Positions 20,141 through 30,558 of a stretch of DNA of 64,000 nt are shown piece after piece. This DNA comes from Pseudohongiellaceae bacterium (lineage in GTDB: Bacteria; Pseudomonadota; Gammaproteobacteria; Pseudomonadales; Pseudohongiellaceae): positions 10,148 to 74,147 of the forward strand of contig CBFIIQ010000010.1 in assembly GCA_965662685.1 (NCBI GenBank), in the 5' to 3' direction. The position numbers were made by a program, and so were the translations under genes. The notes beneath the pieces were generated by a model. That model saw only the letters and a list, made by a program, of their open reading frames with translations. It was not told the DNA's origin and ran no database searches. Positions within the stretch are counted from its first letter, which is position 1, and every line of letters begins with the position of its first letter.

Positions 20141-20692
20141 TTAGTCTTCTTTTTTCTCTTTTTTCTCTTCTGTCTCTTCAGCTGCAGCTGGTTCAGCAAC
20201 TGCAGGCGCTTCTTCAGGAGCTTCAGAAACCACTTCCGGAGCTTCTGCAGTCGTCATCACTTCCTCTTCTACTGCAGCTTCTACCTGCTCGGCAATAGTG
20301 GAAGTATCCTCAAGGGGAGCTGGCGCTTTTTCACCTTTTTTGCCCAGTTTTTCAGCAATACGGGCAGCACGACCGGTAAGGTCACGAAGATAGTAAAGTT
20401 TCGCCTGACGCACATCACCACGACGTTTCACCGTAATGCTTTCGATCTGATGGCTGTGAGTCTGGAAAGTACGCTCCACACCTACACCATGGGACATTTT
20501 ACGCACAGTAAAGGCAGAGTTCAGACCACGATTACGCTTGCCAATGACAACGCCCTCAAAAGCCTGAAGACGTTCACGATCGCCTTCCTTGATACGTACC
20601 TGAACAACCACGGTGTCACCGGGAGAAAACTCGGGAACATTGGTCTTCAACTGGTCCTGTTCAACTTTCTGGATAATGCTGTTCTTGCTCAT
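20141..20692 (-). CDS. rplS: 50S ribosomal protein L19 with a ~68-aa acidic/Ala-rich C-terminal extension
   Basis: The first ~115 aa align with canonical L19 ([21 protein letters not shown]). An EAP/EEK-rich tail follows. Confidence 0.95.
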   Translation of the reverse strand: MSKNSIIQKVEQDQLKTNVPEFSPGDTVVVQVRIKEGDRERLQAFEGVVIGKRNRGLNSAFTVRKMSHGVGVERTFQTHSHQIESITVKRRGDVRQAKLYYLRDLTGRAARIAEKLGKKGEKAPAPLEDTSTIAEQVEAAVEEEVMTTAEAPEVVSEAPEEAPAVAEPAAAEETEEKKEKKED

Positions 20693-20718
20693 TACTTTTC
20701 ACCATTCCTAAACAATCA

Positions 20719-21474
20719 TTAATCTGATTCATGTTCACTGATAAACATTTCCAGCAATTGCCTATGTTCATCAGTCAATTCTTTCGCCTTAACCATTCGC
20801 TCTATCAGGTCGGGTCTACGCTGCCAGGATCTTCCCAGGCTTTGTTTCAAACGCCATTTACGGATGGCTTCATGATCACCACTGAGTAAAACCGGTGGCA
20901 CCACTTTTCCTGCAAATTCTTCCGGTCTCGTGTAATGCGGACAATCCAATAATCCGTTCATAAACGAGTCCTGTCCTGCTGACTCTTCATGCCCCAGGGC
21001 CCCGGGCTGCAGCCGTATTATTGCGTCGAGGCAGACCATTGCTGCCAACTCACCCCCACTGAGAACATAGTCTCCAAGTGAGTACTCTTCGTCTACATGG
21101 GTTTGGATAACCCTTTCATCAATGCCTTCATAACGACCGCACAAGAGAATTAACGAATCACGCCGGGCCAGCTGGTTAATCACCGACTGCTCCAGTGGTT
21201 TCCCCTGTGGCGTCAGAAATATAACACTGGCGCCAGGCAGCTGCTGTTTTGCTGCATTAATAGCCCCTTCAAGAGGCCCCGTTTTCATTAACATGCCGGG
21301 ACCACCACCATAAGGCCTGTCATCCACAGTCTTGTGTTTATCTGTTGAATAGTCTCGTGGGTTCCAGAAGCTCAGTTCGGCAAGCCCTTCCCTGATTGCG
21401 CGACTGCTGACACCAAAGTCACTCAGCGCTGCAAACATATCCGGAAATAGTGTGACTATGCCTGCCCGCATCAT
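20719..21474 (-). CDS. trmD: tRNA (guanine37-N1)-methyltransferase
   Basis: [10 protein letters not shown]-terminus, [13 protein letters not shown] motif and operon context. Confidence 0.95.
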   Translation of the reverse strand: MMRAGIVTLFPDMFAALSDFGVSSRAIREGLAELSFWNPRDYSTDKHKTVDDRPYGGGPGMLMKTGPLEGAINAAKQQLPGASVIFLTPQGKPLEQSVINQLARRDSLILLCGRYEGIDERVIQTHVDEEYSLGDYVLSGGELAAMVCLDAIIRLQPGALGHEESAGQDSFMNGLLDCPHYTRPEEFAGKVVPPVLLSGDHEAIRKWRLKQSLGRSWQRRPDLIERMVKAKELTDEHRQLLEMFISEHESD

Positions 21475-21576
21475 TTATCCCGGACTCTGATTCCGAATCA
21501 TTTGGCGCAATGCCTGACTACTCTGCTGATTTCCCTTCACACCGCCCTGGCATTGCCCCGGACAGTCAATGGAAAA

Positions 21577-22146
21577 TCAATAATCCTTCTCCCAGTCTAC
21601 CTGGATCACTTTCAGCGCCAGGTCTACCTGCTTGATGACCTGATCCCGTAAAAAAGGAATCAATCTTTCCTCGTCATCAATACTTTCATTCGTTGCCCTG
21701 ACCACAAGGACATCATTGGCCCCCGTTTCCATCAAGTGATGAACTGATCCCAGGTTCTCTTCCTGGAGGTTTATTACTGCCAGGCCTTCCAGCTGAAACC
21801 AGTAATATTCCTGTTTATCAAGTGATGGCAGAGCACCCTTCTCTACCTTCAGTTCACAGCCGGTAAATAACCTTGCCTGTTCCCTGTCATCGCATCCTTT
21901 AATATGACCGATGAATTGTTTGCCCTGTGCCCTGCTCTCATCGATTTCGATCTTTTCCAATTTCCCCTCTGGCAAATTGCCGCCGGGAATACTCTTTGGC
22001 GAAAGATAAAAATGCCTGAAATCGAGAATATTTTCTGCCGGATCAGTAAAAGAAATCAGTCTTACCCAGCCCTTAATGCCATGAACGGCGCCAATTCGGG
22101 CCAGGGTAGTCAACTCATTTGCTGGAGCAGATGGCTCGTCCATCAT
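21577..22146 (-). CDS. rimM: 16S rRNA processing protein RimM
   Basis: GAVHGIKGWVR motif. Located between rpsP and trmD. Confidence 0.9.
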   Translation of the reverse strand: MMDEPSAPANELTTLARIGAVHGIKGWVRLISFTDPAENILDFRHFYLSPKSIPGGNLPEGKLEKIEIDESRAQGKQFIGHIKGCDDREQARLFTGCELKVEKGALPSLDKQEYYWFQLEGLAVINLQEENLGSVHHLMETGANDVLVVRATNESIDDEERLIPFLRDQVIKQVDLALKVIQVDWEKDY

Positions 22147-22166
22147 GACGGCCGCACATTAGCCAA

Positions 22167-22427
22167 TCAGGCAGCAGTCGCAGCTGCAGCCTGGGCGTCT
22201 TTTAACAATTTAGCGACACGATCACTGGCGATTGCCCCCTGATCGGTCCAATGCTTGACCCTGTCGAGGTCAACACGCAGTCTTTCTTCCTGGCCACGTG
22301 CACCCGGATTAAAGAAGCCAACGCGCTCAATAAACCGTCCATCACGGCTAAAACGCTTGTCTGCTACAGTCAGATGGTAAAAGGGACGCTTCTTTGCGCC
22401 GCTTCTTGAAAGTCTAATAGTTACCAT
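22167..22427 (-). CDS. rpsP: 30S ribosomal protein S16
   Basis: [18 protein letters not shown]-terminus. Confidence 0.95.
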   Translation of the reverse strand: MVTIRLSRSGAKKRPFYHLTVADKRFSRDGRFIERVGFFNPGARGQEERLRVDLDRVKHWTDQGAIASDRVAKLLKDAQAAAATAA

Positions 22428-22658
22428 AACTTGTTGTTTCCAATAATAAAATTTAATTCAAAACAGTAGTTTCGCCAAGCACATTCGAGGGGTGGCGAAA
22501 AAGGCGGGTATTCTACGAGAAAAGAGACTGGTTTGGAACCTTATATTGTATAAAACTTAACTAAATCTTGGGGTTATTACCACACGCAAAATTAACAGTG
22601 GCGGCGTAATGAACTGCCTGAGTTGGGAGAAAATATAAATTTCCCAAATGGATGTTTA

Positions 22659-24038
22659 TTACATCCCTGGAAAACCTCCACCAGGGGGCTTCATGCCACC
22701 GCCAAGTCCACCCAAACCACGCATCATATTGGCCATACCGCCCCCTTTCATTTTTTTCATCACCTTTTGCATCTGCTTGTGCTGCTTAAGCAAACGGTTT
22801 AGATCCTGAATCGAGGAACCTGAGCCCATCGTGATGCGGCGTTTTCTGGAGCCATTAAGCAATTCCGGTCGGCGCCTTTCCTTTAGTGTCATCGAATTGA
22901 TAATTGCTTCCATGCGCGCGAAAGACTTGTCATCCACCATGCCAGCGGCAGATTTCTGGGCACTGCTCAATCCAGGCATTTTATCGAGCATATTGGCCAT
23001 GCCCCCCATATTCTGCATTTGCTGAAGTTGTTCCTTGAAATCCTGAAGATCAAAGCGCTGACCCCGCTTTATTTTTTTCGCCAGGCGTTCGGCTTTTTCC
23101 TTATCAACCTTCTTCTCCACATCCTCAATCAGGGAGAGTACATCGCCCATGCCAAGGATCCGAGATGCTACCCGGTCCGGATGGAAGGCCTCGAGGCCAT
23201 CTATTTTTTCACCAATACCCATGAATTTAATGGGCTTGCCGGTTATATGCCTTACCGATAGCGCGGCGCCGCCCCTGGCATCACCATCCGCCTTGGTCAG
23301 GATGACACCGGTCAGGGGCAATGCATCATTAAAGGCCTTGGCCGTGTTGGCGGCATCCTGCCCGGTCATCGCATCCACCACAAACAGGGTTTCTACCGGA
23401 TTCACTGCGCGATGAAGGGACTTGATCTCCGACATCATCTCTTCATCAATCGCAAGACGTCCTGCAGTATCGATGAATAACACGTCAATAAATTGTTTTT
23501 TAGCCTCGGCGATTGCCTGTCTGGCGATATCTTCAGGTTTCTGTGAGGGATCACTGGGGAAGAAAGTAACGCCTACCTCGCCAGCCAGGGTTTCCAGCTG
23601 CTTGATTGCCGCAGGCCGATAAACGTCTGCACTGGCCACCATGATGCTTTTTTTCTGGGTATTCTTTAACCACAGGGAGAGTTTTGCCACTGTCGTGGTT
23701 TTACCAGCACCCTGCAAACCTGCCATCAAAATCACCGCAGGCGGTGTGGCACTCAGGTCAAGTGCTTCATTGGAATCCCCCATTAAGGCCTGAAGCTCAG
23801 CCTGGACTATTTTGAGGAAGGCTTGCCCTGGTGTCAGACTCTTGCTGACTTCCTGGCCTACTGCCCTGAATTTAACCTTATCGATAAATTCCTGAACGAC
23901 GGGCAATGCCACATCCGCTTCCAGCAAAGCTCGTCTGACTTCACGCAAGCTTTCCTGAATATTCTCTTCAGTGAGTTTGGCTTTGCCAGTGATCGAGCGC
24001 AGGGTTTGTGAAAGGCGATCTGTTAAATTCTCAAACAT
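22659..24038 (-). CDS. ffh: signal recognition particle protein Ffh
   Basis: GLQGAGKTTT and DTAGR GTPase motifs, with a Met-rich M domain. Confidence 0.97.
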   Translation of the reverse strand: MFENLTDRLSQTLRSITGKAKLTEENIQESLREVRRALLEADVALPVVQEFIDKVKFRAVGQEVSKSLTPGQAFLKIVQAELQALMGDSNEALDLSATPPAVILMAGLQGAGKTTTVAKLSLWLKNTQKKSIMVASADVYRPAAIKQLETLAGEVGVTFFPSDPSQKPEDIARQAIAEAKKQFIDVLFIDTAGRLAIDEEMMSEIKSLHRAVNPVETLFVVDAMTGQDAANTAKAFNDALPLTGVILTKADGDARGGAALSVRHITGKPIKFMGIGEKIDGLEAFHPDRVASRILGMGDVLSLIEDVEKKVDKEKAERLAKKIKRGQRFDLQDFKEQLQQMQNMGGMANMLDKMPGLSSAQKSAAGMVDDKSFARMEAIINSMTLKERRRPELLNGSRKRRITMGSGSSIQDLNRLLKQHKQMQKVMKKMKGGGMANMMRGLGGLGGGMKPPGGGFPGM

Positions 24039-24210
24039 CGGGGGTCCAACCAGGTAATATATAATAGTCTATGTAGATGATCTGCCCATTCTACAAAATC
24101 AGGAACCAGGAACACAGGGCTAATTCATAATATCCTTGAACTTCCCATGAGAAACCCGGAACCGGAAAAATAACTTCAACGGATCGCACACATGTGAGAG
24201 ACTTTCCGCC

Positions 24211-25011
24211 ATGTTAAGCACCAGTATCAGTATCATAGCTGTTATTAGTTATGCTCTGGGTTTCCTCTTACAGCGTCAAAACCTAAACAGCGGTCTCCCT
24301 GAGCGAAAAAAATTATTTGCCAGCAGTATTATTGCCGTCACCGCCCACCTGGTAGTGATTGTGCTTATTACGCTACGGCCAGATGGCCTCGACCTTGGAT
24401 TCTTCAAGGTAGCGTCTTTAATAAGCTGGGTAATTATTGTCGCCGTTCTGATCAGCAGTTGGCAAAAACCTCTGGAAAACCTTTTCCTCTATCTGTTTCC
24501 ATTGGCCATTTTGTGCCTGCTGGCGTCGATTTTTATACCCAGCAACTATGCCCCGCAATCCGGCTACAGCCCGGGTGTAGCCTTGCATATCCTGCTCGGT
24601 ATATTGTCCGTCAGTATCATCACAATCGCAGCCTTTCAGGCTTTGCTACTCTCATTTCTCAACAAACTGCTGAAACAAAAGCAATCGTTCGCCCTGGTCA
24701 GTCATTTGCCTGCACTGGAAACCATGGAAGTTTTGCTATTTGAAATGCTCTGGTTCGGTCTTTTATTGCTTACCGGTGTTTTAATTACTGGCGTACTGTT
24801 TATGGATGACTTTTTTGGCCAGCACCTGAGTCACAAAGCGATACTTTCCAGCATTTCCTGGATCGTTTTCTCGATATTATTATGGGGGCGACATCAACTG
24901 GGCTGGCGCGGCAAAAAGGCTAATCGCTGGATTCTCATCGGTTTTGCCTTTCTCATCCTGGCCTATTTCGGCAGCAAGTTCGTACTGGAAATCATTCTTG
25001 GCCGTGTGTAG
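24211..25011 (+). CDS. cytochrome c assembly family inner-membrane protein (YpjD/CcsA-like)
   Basis: 8-TM protein divergent from ffh, as in enterobacterial ffh-ypjD synteny. Confidence 0.8.
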   Translation: MLSTSISIIAVISYALGFLLQRQNLNSGLPERKKLFASSIIAVTAHLVVIVLITLRPDGLDLGFFKVASLISWVIIVAVLISSWQKPLENLFLYLFPLAILCLLASIFIPSNYAPQSGYSPGVALHILLGILSVSIITIAAFQALLLSFLNKLLKQKQSFALVSHLPALETMEVLLFEMLWFGLLLLTGVLITGVLFMDDFFGQHLSHKAILSSISWIVFSILLWGRHQLGWRGKKANRWILIGFAFLILAYFGSKFVLEIILGRV

Positions 25012-25078
25012 TTTTTGCTACTCCCGAATAATACAGATCATGACCTTTAGCCTAACCAAGACATAACAGAGACCTCTT

Positions 25079-26374
25079 TTGGAAGAAACCTCACTTACTG
25101 TATTGCTGGGCATACTGCTTTTCCTCATCCTCATGTCTGCCTATTTTTCCAGTTCTGAAACCGCGATGATGGCCCTGAACCGCTATCGCCTGCGTCATCT
25201 GATCAAAAATAATCATCGTGGTGCAATCAGGGCCGGAAAATTACTGGAAAAACCCGATCGCCTGATTGGCATCATTCTGCTTGGCAATAATCTGGTTAAC
25301 TTTATAGCAGCGTCTGTAGGCACAGCCATCGCTTTCAGACTCTGGGGTAACCTTGGCTTTATTCTTGCACCGGTTTTATTGACGATAATTGTGCTGATTT
25401 TTGCCGAAGTTACGCCAAAAACCATTGCAGCTCTGTATCCGGAAAAAATCGCTTACCCCTCGTCTATTCTTTTGCTGGTATTACTGAAAATCTGTTACCC
25501 GGCAGTATGGATGATTAATTCCGTGTCCAATGGCCTGGTCAAACTTTGCGGACTCAGTGTTGAAGAAGACACCTCACATCACCTTACCAAGGAAGAATTG
25601 CGAACTGTACTTGATGAAAGCGGCGCTCTGATTCCAGTAAAACGTCACGGCATGCTAATGAACATTCTTGACCTGGAAAAAGCTACCGTCACTGACATTA
25701 TGGTGCCAAGAAACGAAGTGCTGGGAATAGATCTTGAAGATGACATCGAAGAAATTCTCGAGATCATTGGACAGAGTTCACATACCCTGCTACCGGTTTT
25801 TCGCAAGGACCTTAACGAGGTTATTGGCTTCATGCATTTGAGAAATATTTCCCGCATGATAGGGGTTGAAGAAATTAACAAGGCAGAATTAATGCAGCTG
25901 ACTGAAGAAGCTTATTTCGTGCCGGAAACAACTCCTCTGCATACGCAGTTATTTAAATTCCAGAACAACAAACGACGCATGGCAATGGTCGTTGATGAGT
26001 ACGGTGATGTGCAGGGCATCGTAACCCTGCAGGATATCCTGGAGGAAATCGTTGGCAATTTTACAACCAGCCTTTCTGAAGAAACGGACGATATTCATCC
26101 GCAGAATGATGGCACCTACCTGATTAATGGCACCGCAACCATAAGGGAGGTTAACAAGGCTCTGGACTGGGATTTACCCATAGACGGACCCAAAACCCTT
26201 AACGGACTGTTAACAGAATTACTGGAAATAATTCCTGAAAAAAACGTTTGTGTGCGTCTGCCATATCATTGTGTGGAAATCCTTAATGTACAGGACAATG
26301 CTATCAAGACCGTGAAGATGTGGTCGCTGGATAAAATGGAAACGCCACAAATTCAAAAAACTCTTTTTAGTTAA
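25079..26374 (+). CDS. CNNM/HlyC/CorC family transporter (YfjD-like)
   Basis: N-terminal CNNM TM domain, CBS pair and CorC_HlyC C-terminal domain. TTG start. Confidence 0.85.
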   Translation: MEETSLTVLLGILLFLILMSAYFSSSETAMMALNRYRLRHLIKNNHRGAIRAGKLLEKPDRLIGIILLGNNLVNFIAASVGTAIAFRLWGNLGFILAPVLLTIIVLIFAEVTPKTIAALYPEKIAYPSSILLLVLLKICYPAVWMINSVSNGLVKLCGLSVEEDTSHHLTKEELRTVLDESGALIPVKRHGMLMNILDLEKATVTDIMVPRNEVLGIDLEDDIEEILEIIGQSSHTLLPVFRKDLNEVIGFMHLRNISRMIGVEEINKAELMQLTEEAYFVPETTPLHTQLFKFQNNKRRMAMVVDEYGDVQGIVTLQDILEEIVGNFTTSLSEETDDIHPQNDGTYLINGTATIREVNKALDWDLPIDGPKTLNGLLTELLEIIPEKNVCVRLPYHCVEILNVQDNAIKTVKMWSLDKMETPQIQKTLFS

Positions 26375-26398
26375 CAGCAACAATTCGACCATTTTAAA

Positions 26399-26974
26399 AT
26401 GAAATATTGTCATACCTGCAGCAATCAACTAAGCATCCAAACGCCAGCCAATGATGACCGCGAACGGTTCGTGTGCGAGTCCTGTGGTGAAATACACTAT
26501 CAAAATCCGAACATCATCGTGTGCTCACTACCATGCTACGAAGACCAGGTGTTATTGTGCAAACGCTCAATAGAGCCACGCTATGGACTCTGGACTTTGC
26601 CCGGGGGTTTTATGGAAAACAATGAAACGACCCATGAGGGAGCGTCTCGAGAAACCCGTGAAGAGGCCTGCGCCCGCATCAGAATTCATGGTTTGTATAC
26701 ATATTACTCCCTGCCTTATATCAATCAGGTGCACATGTTCTTTCGAGCCACACTGCTTGATCTGGATTTTTCAGCCGGCGCCGAAAGTCTGGAAGTTGAA
26801 CTGTTTAAGGAAAAGGATATCCCATGGGATGAAATTGCTTTTCCCGCAGTAAGCAATACACTGAAGCACTATTACAACGATCTGTCCCAGAATATTTTCC
26901 CTGTGCATTCTGCAGATATAATTCTTACTAAAGACAAGCAGCGCCTCATAGTCCCCCACGATAGCACTGCATAA
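26399..26974 (+). CDS. NUDIX hydrolase with N-terminal zinc ribbon
   Basis: CHTC..CESC ribbon and Nudix box GGFMENNETTHEGASRETREEA. Confidence 0.85.
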   Translation: MKYCHTCSNQLSIQTPANDDRERFVCESCGEIHYQNPNIIVCSLPCYEDQVLLCKRSIEPRYGLWTLPGGFMENNETTHEGASRETREEACARIRIHGLYTYYSLPYINQVHMFFRATLLDLDFSAGAESLEVELFKEKDIPWDEIAFPAVSNTLKHYYNDLSQNIFPVHSADIILTKDKQRLIVPHDSTA

Positions 26975-27035
26975 ACAGCCCCTTACAAAGCGCTGACATA
27001 AAGAGCTTTTAAAAATTCCCGACAGGATTTATCCA

Positions 27036-27866
27036 ATGACTGAACTTGCAAAGTCCAACACAGCAATAGAGATCACACAAGTCAGGGAGAGCGGGCGGCA
27101 TGAAACGCAGGATATCGTCGCCATGGAAGAGCCTCTCGAAATTCGCCTGGGTTATACCGACCCACTAAAAGGACGAGTCCACAGAAGTATTTCCATCACC
27201 ATGCGCACCCCCGGCGATGACGTCAATCTGGCGTCTGGATTCCTCTTCAGTGAGAGCATCATTAACAGTATCGAAGAAGTATCAACAATTGATGACAGAG
27301 CAGACAATGTCATCCGTATTGAGCTGCAAGAAGACAGGGTTTTTGACCTGAGCCGTATTGAACGACACTTCTATACCACTTCAAGTTGCGGGGTTTGTGG
27401 CAAGGCATCTCTGGAAGCCCTGAGCACAAGCGGTTATGACGCACTGCTGGACAACTCTTTTTCCATCAGCCATGAAAACCTGTGCGGCATAGGTGCTCGA
27501 CTGAAAGAAAAACAAAGCCTGTTTCAGAAAACCGGCGGCTGCCATGCAACCGCAACCTTTGATGTGCATGGCAACATTATTGCTATCACTGAAGATGTTG
27601 GGCGTCACAATGCCATGGACAAATTAATCGGAGGCATGTTGCGGGCAAGACTACTCCCCATGCAGGACATGGGTATCATTGTCAGTGGACGAGCCAGCTT
27701 TGAACTGATGCAGAAAGCACTGGTAGCAGGTTGCCCGATGCTCGCCGCCGTTGGCGCCCCCTCCTCCCTCGCCATTGAGCTGGCCCAGGAATTCAATATC
27801 ACCCTTATCGGGTTTTTACGAAATAGTGGGTACAACATTTATCATAACCCGACTGCTATTGTTTAA
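27036..27866 (+). CDS. fdhD: formate dehydrogenase accessory sulfurtransferase FdhD
   Basis: SSCGVCGK motif and GRHNA motif. Confidence 0.9.
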   Translation: MTELAKSNTAIEITQVRESGRHETQDIVAMEEPLEIRLGYTDPLKGRVHRSISITMRTPGDDVNLASGFLFSESIINSIEEVSTIDDRADNVIRIELQEDRVFDLSRIERHFYTTSSCGVCGKASLEALSTSGYDALLDNSFSISHENLCGIGARLKEKQSLFQKTGGCHATATFDVHGNIIAITEDVGRHNAMDKLIGGMLRARLLPMQDMGIIVSGRASFELMQKALVAGCPMLAAVGAPSSLAIELAQEFNITLIGFLRNSGYNIYHNPTAIV

Positions 27867-28071
27867 TCCTTGAATAAGTCCAGCCAGATTCGTTCCAGAA
27901 ATAAAGCATTTTCTTGCAAGCCTGCCTTTTTAAAAAAATAACTGCGCAGCTGTAAATAATTTTACAAGGCACGGCAGGTTGTTTTTGTATTCATTTATCG
28001 GTATACAATAGTTGTGAATGCTGAATTTTCAGTTTTATTTTACGGGTTATAAAAAAAAGAGGATAAATAAT

Positions 28072-28566
28072 ATGAAGACCCTTAGTACCTTACTCAGTTT
28101 ATTGACGCTGCTGGCAAGCTTCTCGATTTTTGCCCAGGATCCGGTCATTGGGGTGGATGACCCCGAATCATTATTTGTTGATGATGACCCTGCACTTCAC
28201 CGCAACAAACAGGCAGCACTGCATATCATGCGCGAACTTCTGCAATGCAACCAATGGGACCGTGCCGGGGAATGGCTGACAGATGCCTACATCCAGCATA
28301 ACCCCAATGCCGCCTCCGGACTGGCTGGCGTGATTTATTTCTTCACCGAGGTAATGAATCGTCCGGCGATTGAAGACTGCGGACCACTTACCACCGAGGT
28401 AGTATCTGTTACTGCAGAAGATGATTACGTAACGGTGATGATGCCACGCACTTATCCTCACCCTCACAAAGAAGGCGAAATGTATTACACCACCTGGTTT
28501 GATACCTGGCGTTTTGTTGATGGCAAGGCAGACGAGCACTGGGATCCTGCCCTTATCAACCCCTGA
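28072..28566 (+). CDS. secreted NTF2/SnoaL-like fold protein
   Basis: AGAGGA Shine-Dalgarno before the ATG at 28072. Signal peptide ending SIFA-QD, with an HNPNAASG..W..W pattern resembling the SnoaL-like family. Function unknown. Confidence 0.5.
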   Translation: MKTLSTLLSLLTLLASFSIFAQDPVIGVDDPESLFVDDDPALHRNKQAALHIMRELLQCNQWDRAGEWLTDAYIQHNPNAASGLAGVIYFFTEVMNRPAIEDCGPLTTEVVSVTAEDDYVTVMMPRTYPHPHKEGEMYYTTWFDTWRFVDGKADEHWDPALINP

Positions 28567-28584
28567 TCAATTCAGTATCGTTAG

Positions 28585-28615
28585 AAAAAAAGCCGGCCAA
28601 TTGCCGGCTTTTTTT
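28585..28615 (+). terminator. intrinsic terminator
   Basis: A-run, AGCCGGC-loop-GCCGGCT stem, then a T7 run. Confidence 0.8.
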
Positions 28616-28721
28616 GTTGTGCTGTTTTGACTAAGATGGTTGGGATAATAAAAATACTGAAACCGCTTTAAGGAAATTAATCCATGCCAGCCTCCAAGCA
28701 ATCACCGTATCTCTCCCGAGC

Positions 28722-30542
28722 GTGAAAAAGAAAATGCAGATACCATCTCACGTTGGCCCTGGTCTGGCTTTTGTAGCAGGACTTTTCTTTACCCAGCTTT
28801 CACATGCAGGCTCTATTGCTGGTAAGGTACTGGACCCAAATGGCAATGCCTTATCAGGCATACAGATCATCTACACACGTGAGTCTGGCGCGAAAGGAGC
28901 AAGCGTTGTTACCGTATTCAGTTCTGCTGATGGTGGCTACAGTTTTCCAGAAGCGTTTCCTGAACGGATAAATAACCGGTCCAATATCATTGCCCGGGGA
29001 CTGGGTTATCAGCAAATCGACAGGATGGTTAATACTGATCGTCGTTCAGCTCACCTCACTTTTGTCATGCAGCCTGTCACTAACCAGGCCGACGTTGCAC
29101 CAGCTTCTGCCTGGCTTGGGCGTATTGAAGACAGACAGGAGAAAGCTGACTTTGTGATGAACTGCATCGACTGTCATCAGGTGCCGGCTTCTGAAGTCAG
29201 GCAATATGCTCGCGCTATAGATGATATGCATGCTGCAGAGCCCGAACTGGCGCGCAGGCAAAGCTGGGATGCCATCGTCAAGTACATGAACTTTCTGTCC
29301 GCCTGGGAATTCAGTCGTGGTGGCCGCCCTGAAGGCGCGGAAATAGATACAGACGCAGTCTATGCAGTTGAAAATTCGAATGAGGTTATCGACGTACTCA
29401 CAACATATTTTAACGATCGCATGGACTATATAGAGGGCTATAAGCCCGGAGCTCCCGCAATCACCACTAAGGACACCGCAATATGGGAATATGAAGTCCC
29501 CGAACCCAACGCCATTCGCGAAGCCGTCATGCTTGGGGATCCAGCCATGCTACTCGCGGCCGATGTAAATGCTAACCGAATTATCGGCATTGATGTCAGT
29601 ACCGGAAGACAGCAAGACTTCGAGGTTCCCACTGAATATCTGATCGCACCACATTCCCTGCACCGCAGCTCGAATGGAGAATTATGGGTTACCCCACTTT
29701 TCAATGACACCGTCGCGAAACTGAATCCGCAGTCCGGAGAATGGCAAACCTGGCGCCTCAAAACCAGCACTGGCGGTGGTGTTGGCATTCATGACCTCAG
29801 TTTCAGTGCGGAACATGAGTTACTCAGCGATGCATATGGACGAATCTGGTTTTCGGATATCGGTAACAGGGCTGTAGGCTTTTTTGATCCTGAAAGCGGT
29901 GAAACCCGAATCTGGAATACCCCGGTTGCAGAAAGCCGGGCCAATGACAGCGCTCTCTACGGCACGGCGTCAGTATACGGCCTGGTTATGACCAGTGATC
30001 GCAAGGAAGTCTGGTACTCACAGCTCGGTAACGGCGTTTTTGGTGGCTTCAATATTGAAACAGAAGAATTTATAGGCCCGTTTGTGCTGCCAGGTCCCAA
30101 CACGGGTCCACGCCGCATTACTATCAGTGATGACGACATTATGTATCTGGCACTGTACGGCACTGGCCAGATTGCAGAGTTTGATATCAGAAAACGCGAA
30201 ATGATCGCTATACACGATTTACCCGACACCGGGGCTGCACCCTACTCGGTAACCTGGGATAAGGTGCGCCAGGTAGTCTGGGTCGCCACCGCCAACGCTG
30301 ATGTGATTTATCGCTTTGATCCGACAACCAGGACCTATGGAGTACTTCCCCTGCCCCGCGAACAAAGCTTCATGCGCATGATTGATATTGACCCGACAAC
30401 CGGCGTACTGGTGAGCTCCTATGCCAATATTGTGGAAAACGTGAATGGCCCTCGAATGGTGTTGATCATTGAGCCCGGAGATGGAGCCTATGCAGCGAGT
30501 TTTTCTACCCTCAATGCCACTGCTCCTACACCAGACGAGTGA
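28722..30542 (+). CDS. secreted protein: CarboxypepD_reg-like Ig domain + single CXXCH heme site + beta-propeller (Vgb/NHL-like repeats)
   Basis: Signal peptide, then IAGKVLDPNGNALSGIQI...ADGGYSF. CIDCH at 29163-29177. Repeated W-x-T/dp-x-tG strands run through the C-terminal ~350 aa. Start is GTG 28722 or ATG 28734. Confidence 0.6.
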   Translation: MKKKMQIPSHVGPGLAFVAGLFFTQLSHAGSIAGKVLDPNGNALSGIQIIYTRESGAKGASVVTVFSSADGGYSFPEAFPERINNRSNIIARGLGYQQIDRMVNTDRRSAHLTFVMQPVTNQADVAPASAWLGRIEDRQEKADFVMNCIDCHQVPASEVRQYARAIDDMHAAEPELARRQSWDAIVKYMNFLSAWEFSRGGRPEGAEIDTDAVYAVENSNEVIDVLTTYFNDRMDYIEGYKPGAPAITTKDTAIWEYEVPEPNAIREAVMLGDPAMLLAADVNANRIIGIDVSTGRQQDFEVPTEYLIAPHSLHRSSNGELWVTPLFNDTVAKLNPQSGEWQTWRLKTSTGGGVGIHDLSFSAEHELLSDAYGRIWFSDIGNRAVGFFDPESGETRIWNTPVAESRANDSALYGTASVYGLVMTSDRKEVWYSQLGNGVFGGFNIETEEFIGPFVLPGPNTGPRRITISDDDIMYLALYGTGQIAEFDIRKREMIAIHDLPDTGAAPYSVTWDKVRQVVWVATANADVIYRFDPTTRTYGVLPLPREQSFMRMIDIDPTTGVLVSSYANIVENVNGPRMVLIIEPGDGAYAASFSTLNATAPTPDE

Positions 30543-30558
30543 GCGGGAAGTGAAATCT

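Noticed and set aside
21475-21576. An unusually long 102-nt gap between rimM and trmD, possibly hiding a small gene or RNA.
   Set aside because: The gap holds no ORF with a Shine-Dalgarno and no convincing hairpin. The TrmD N-terminus matches the canonical start, so the gap appears to be plain spacer.
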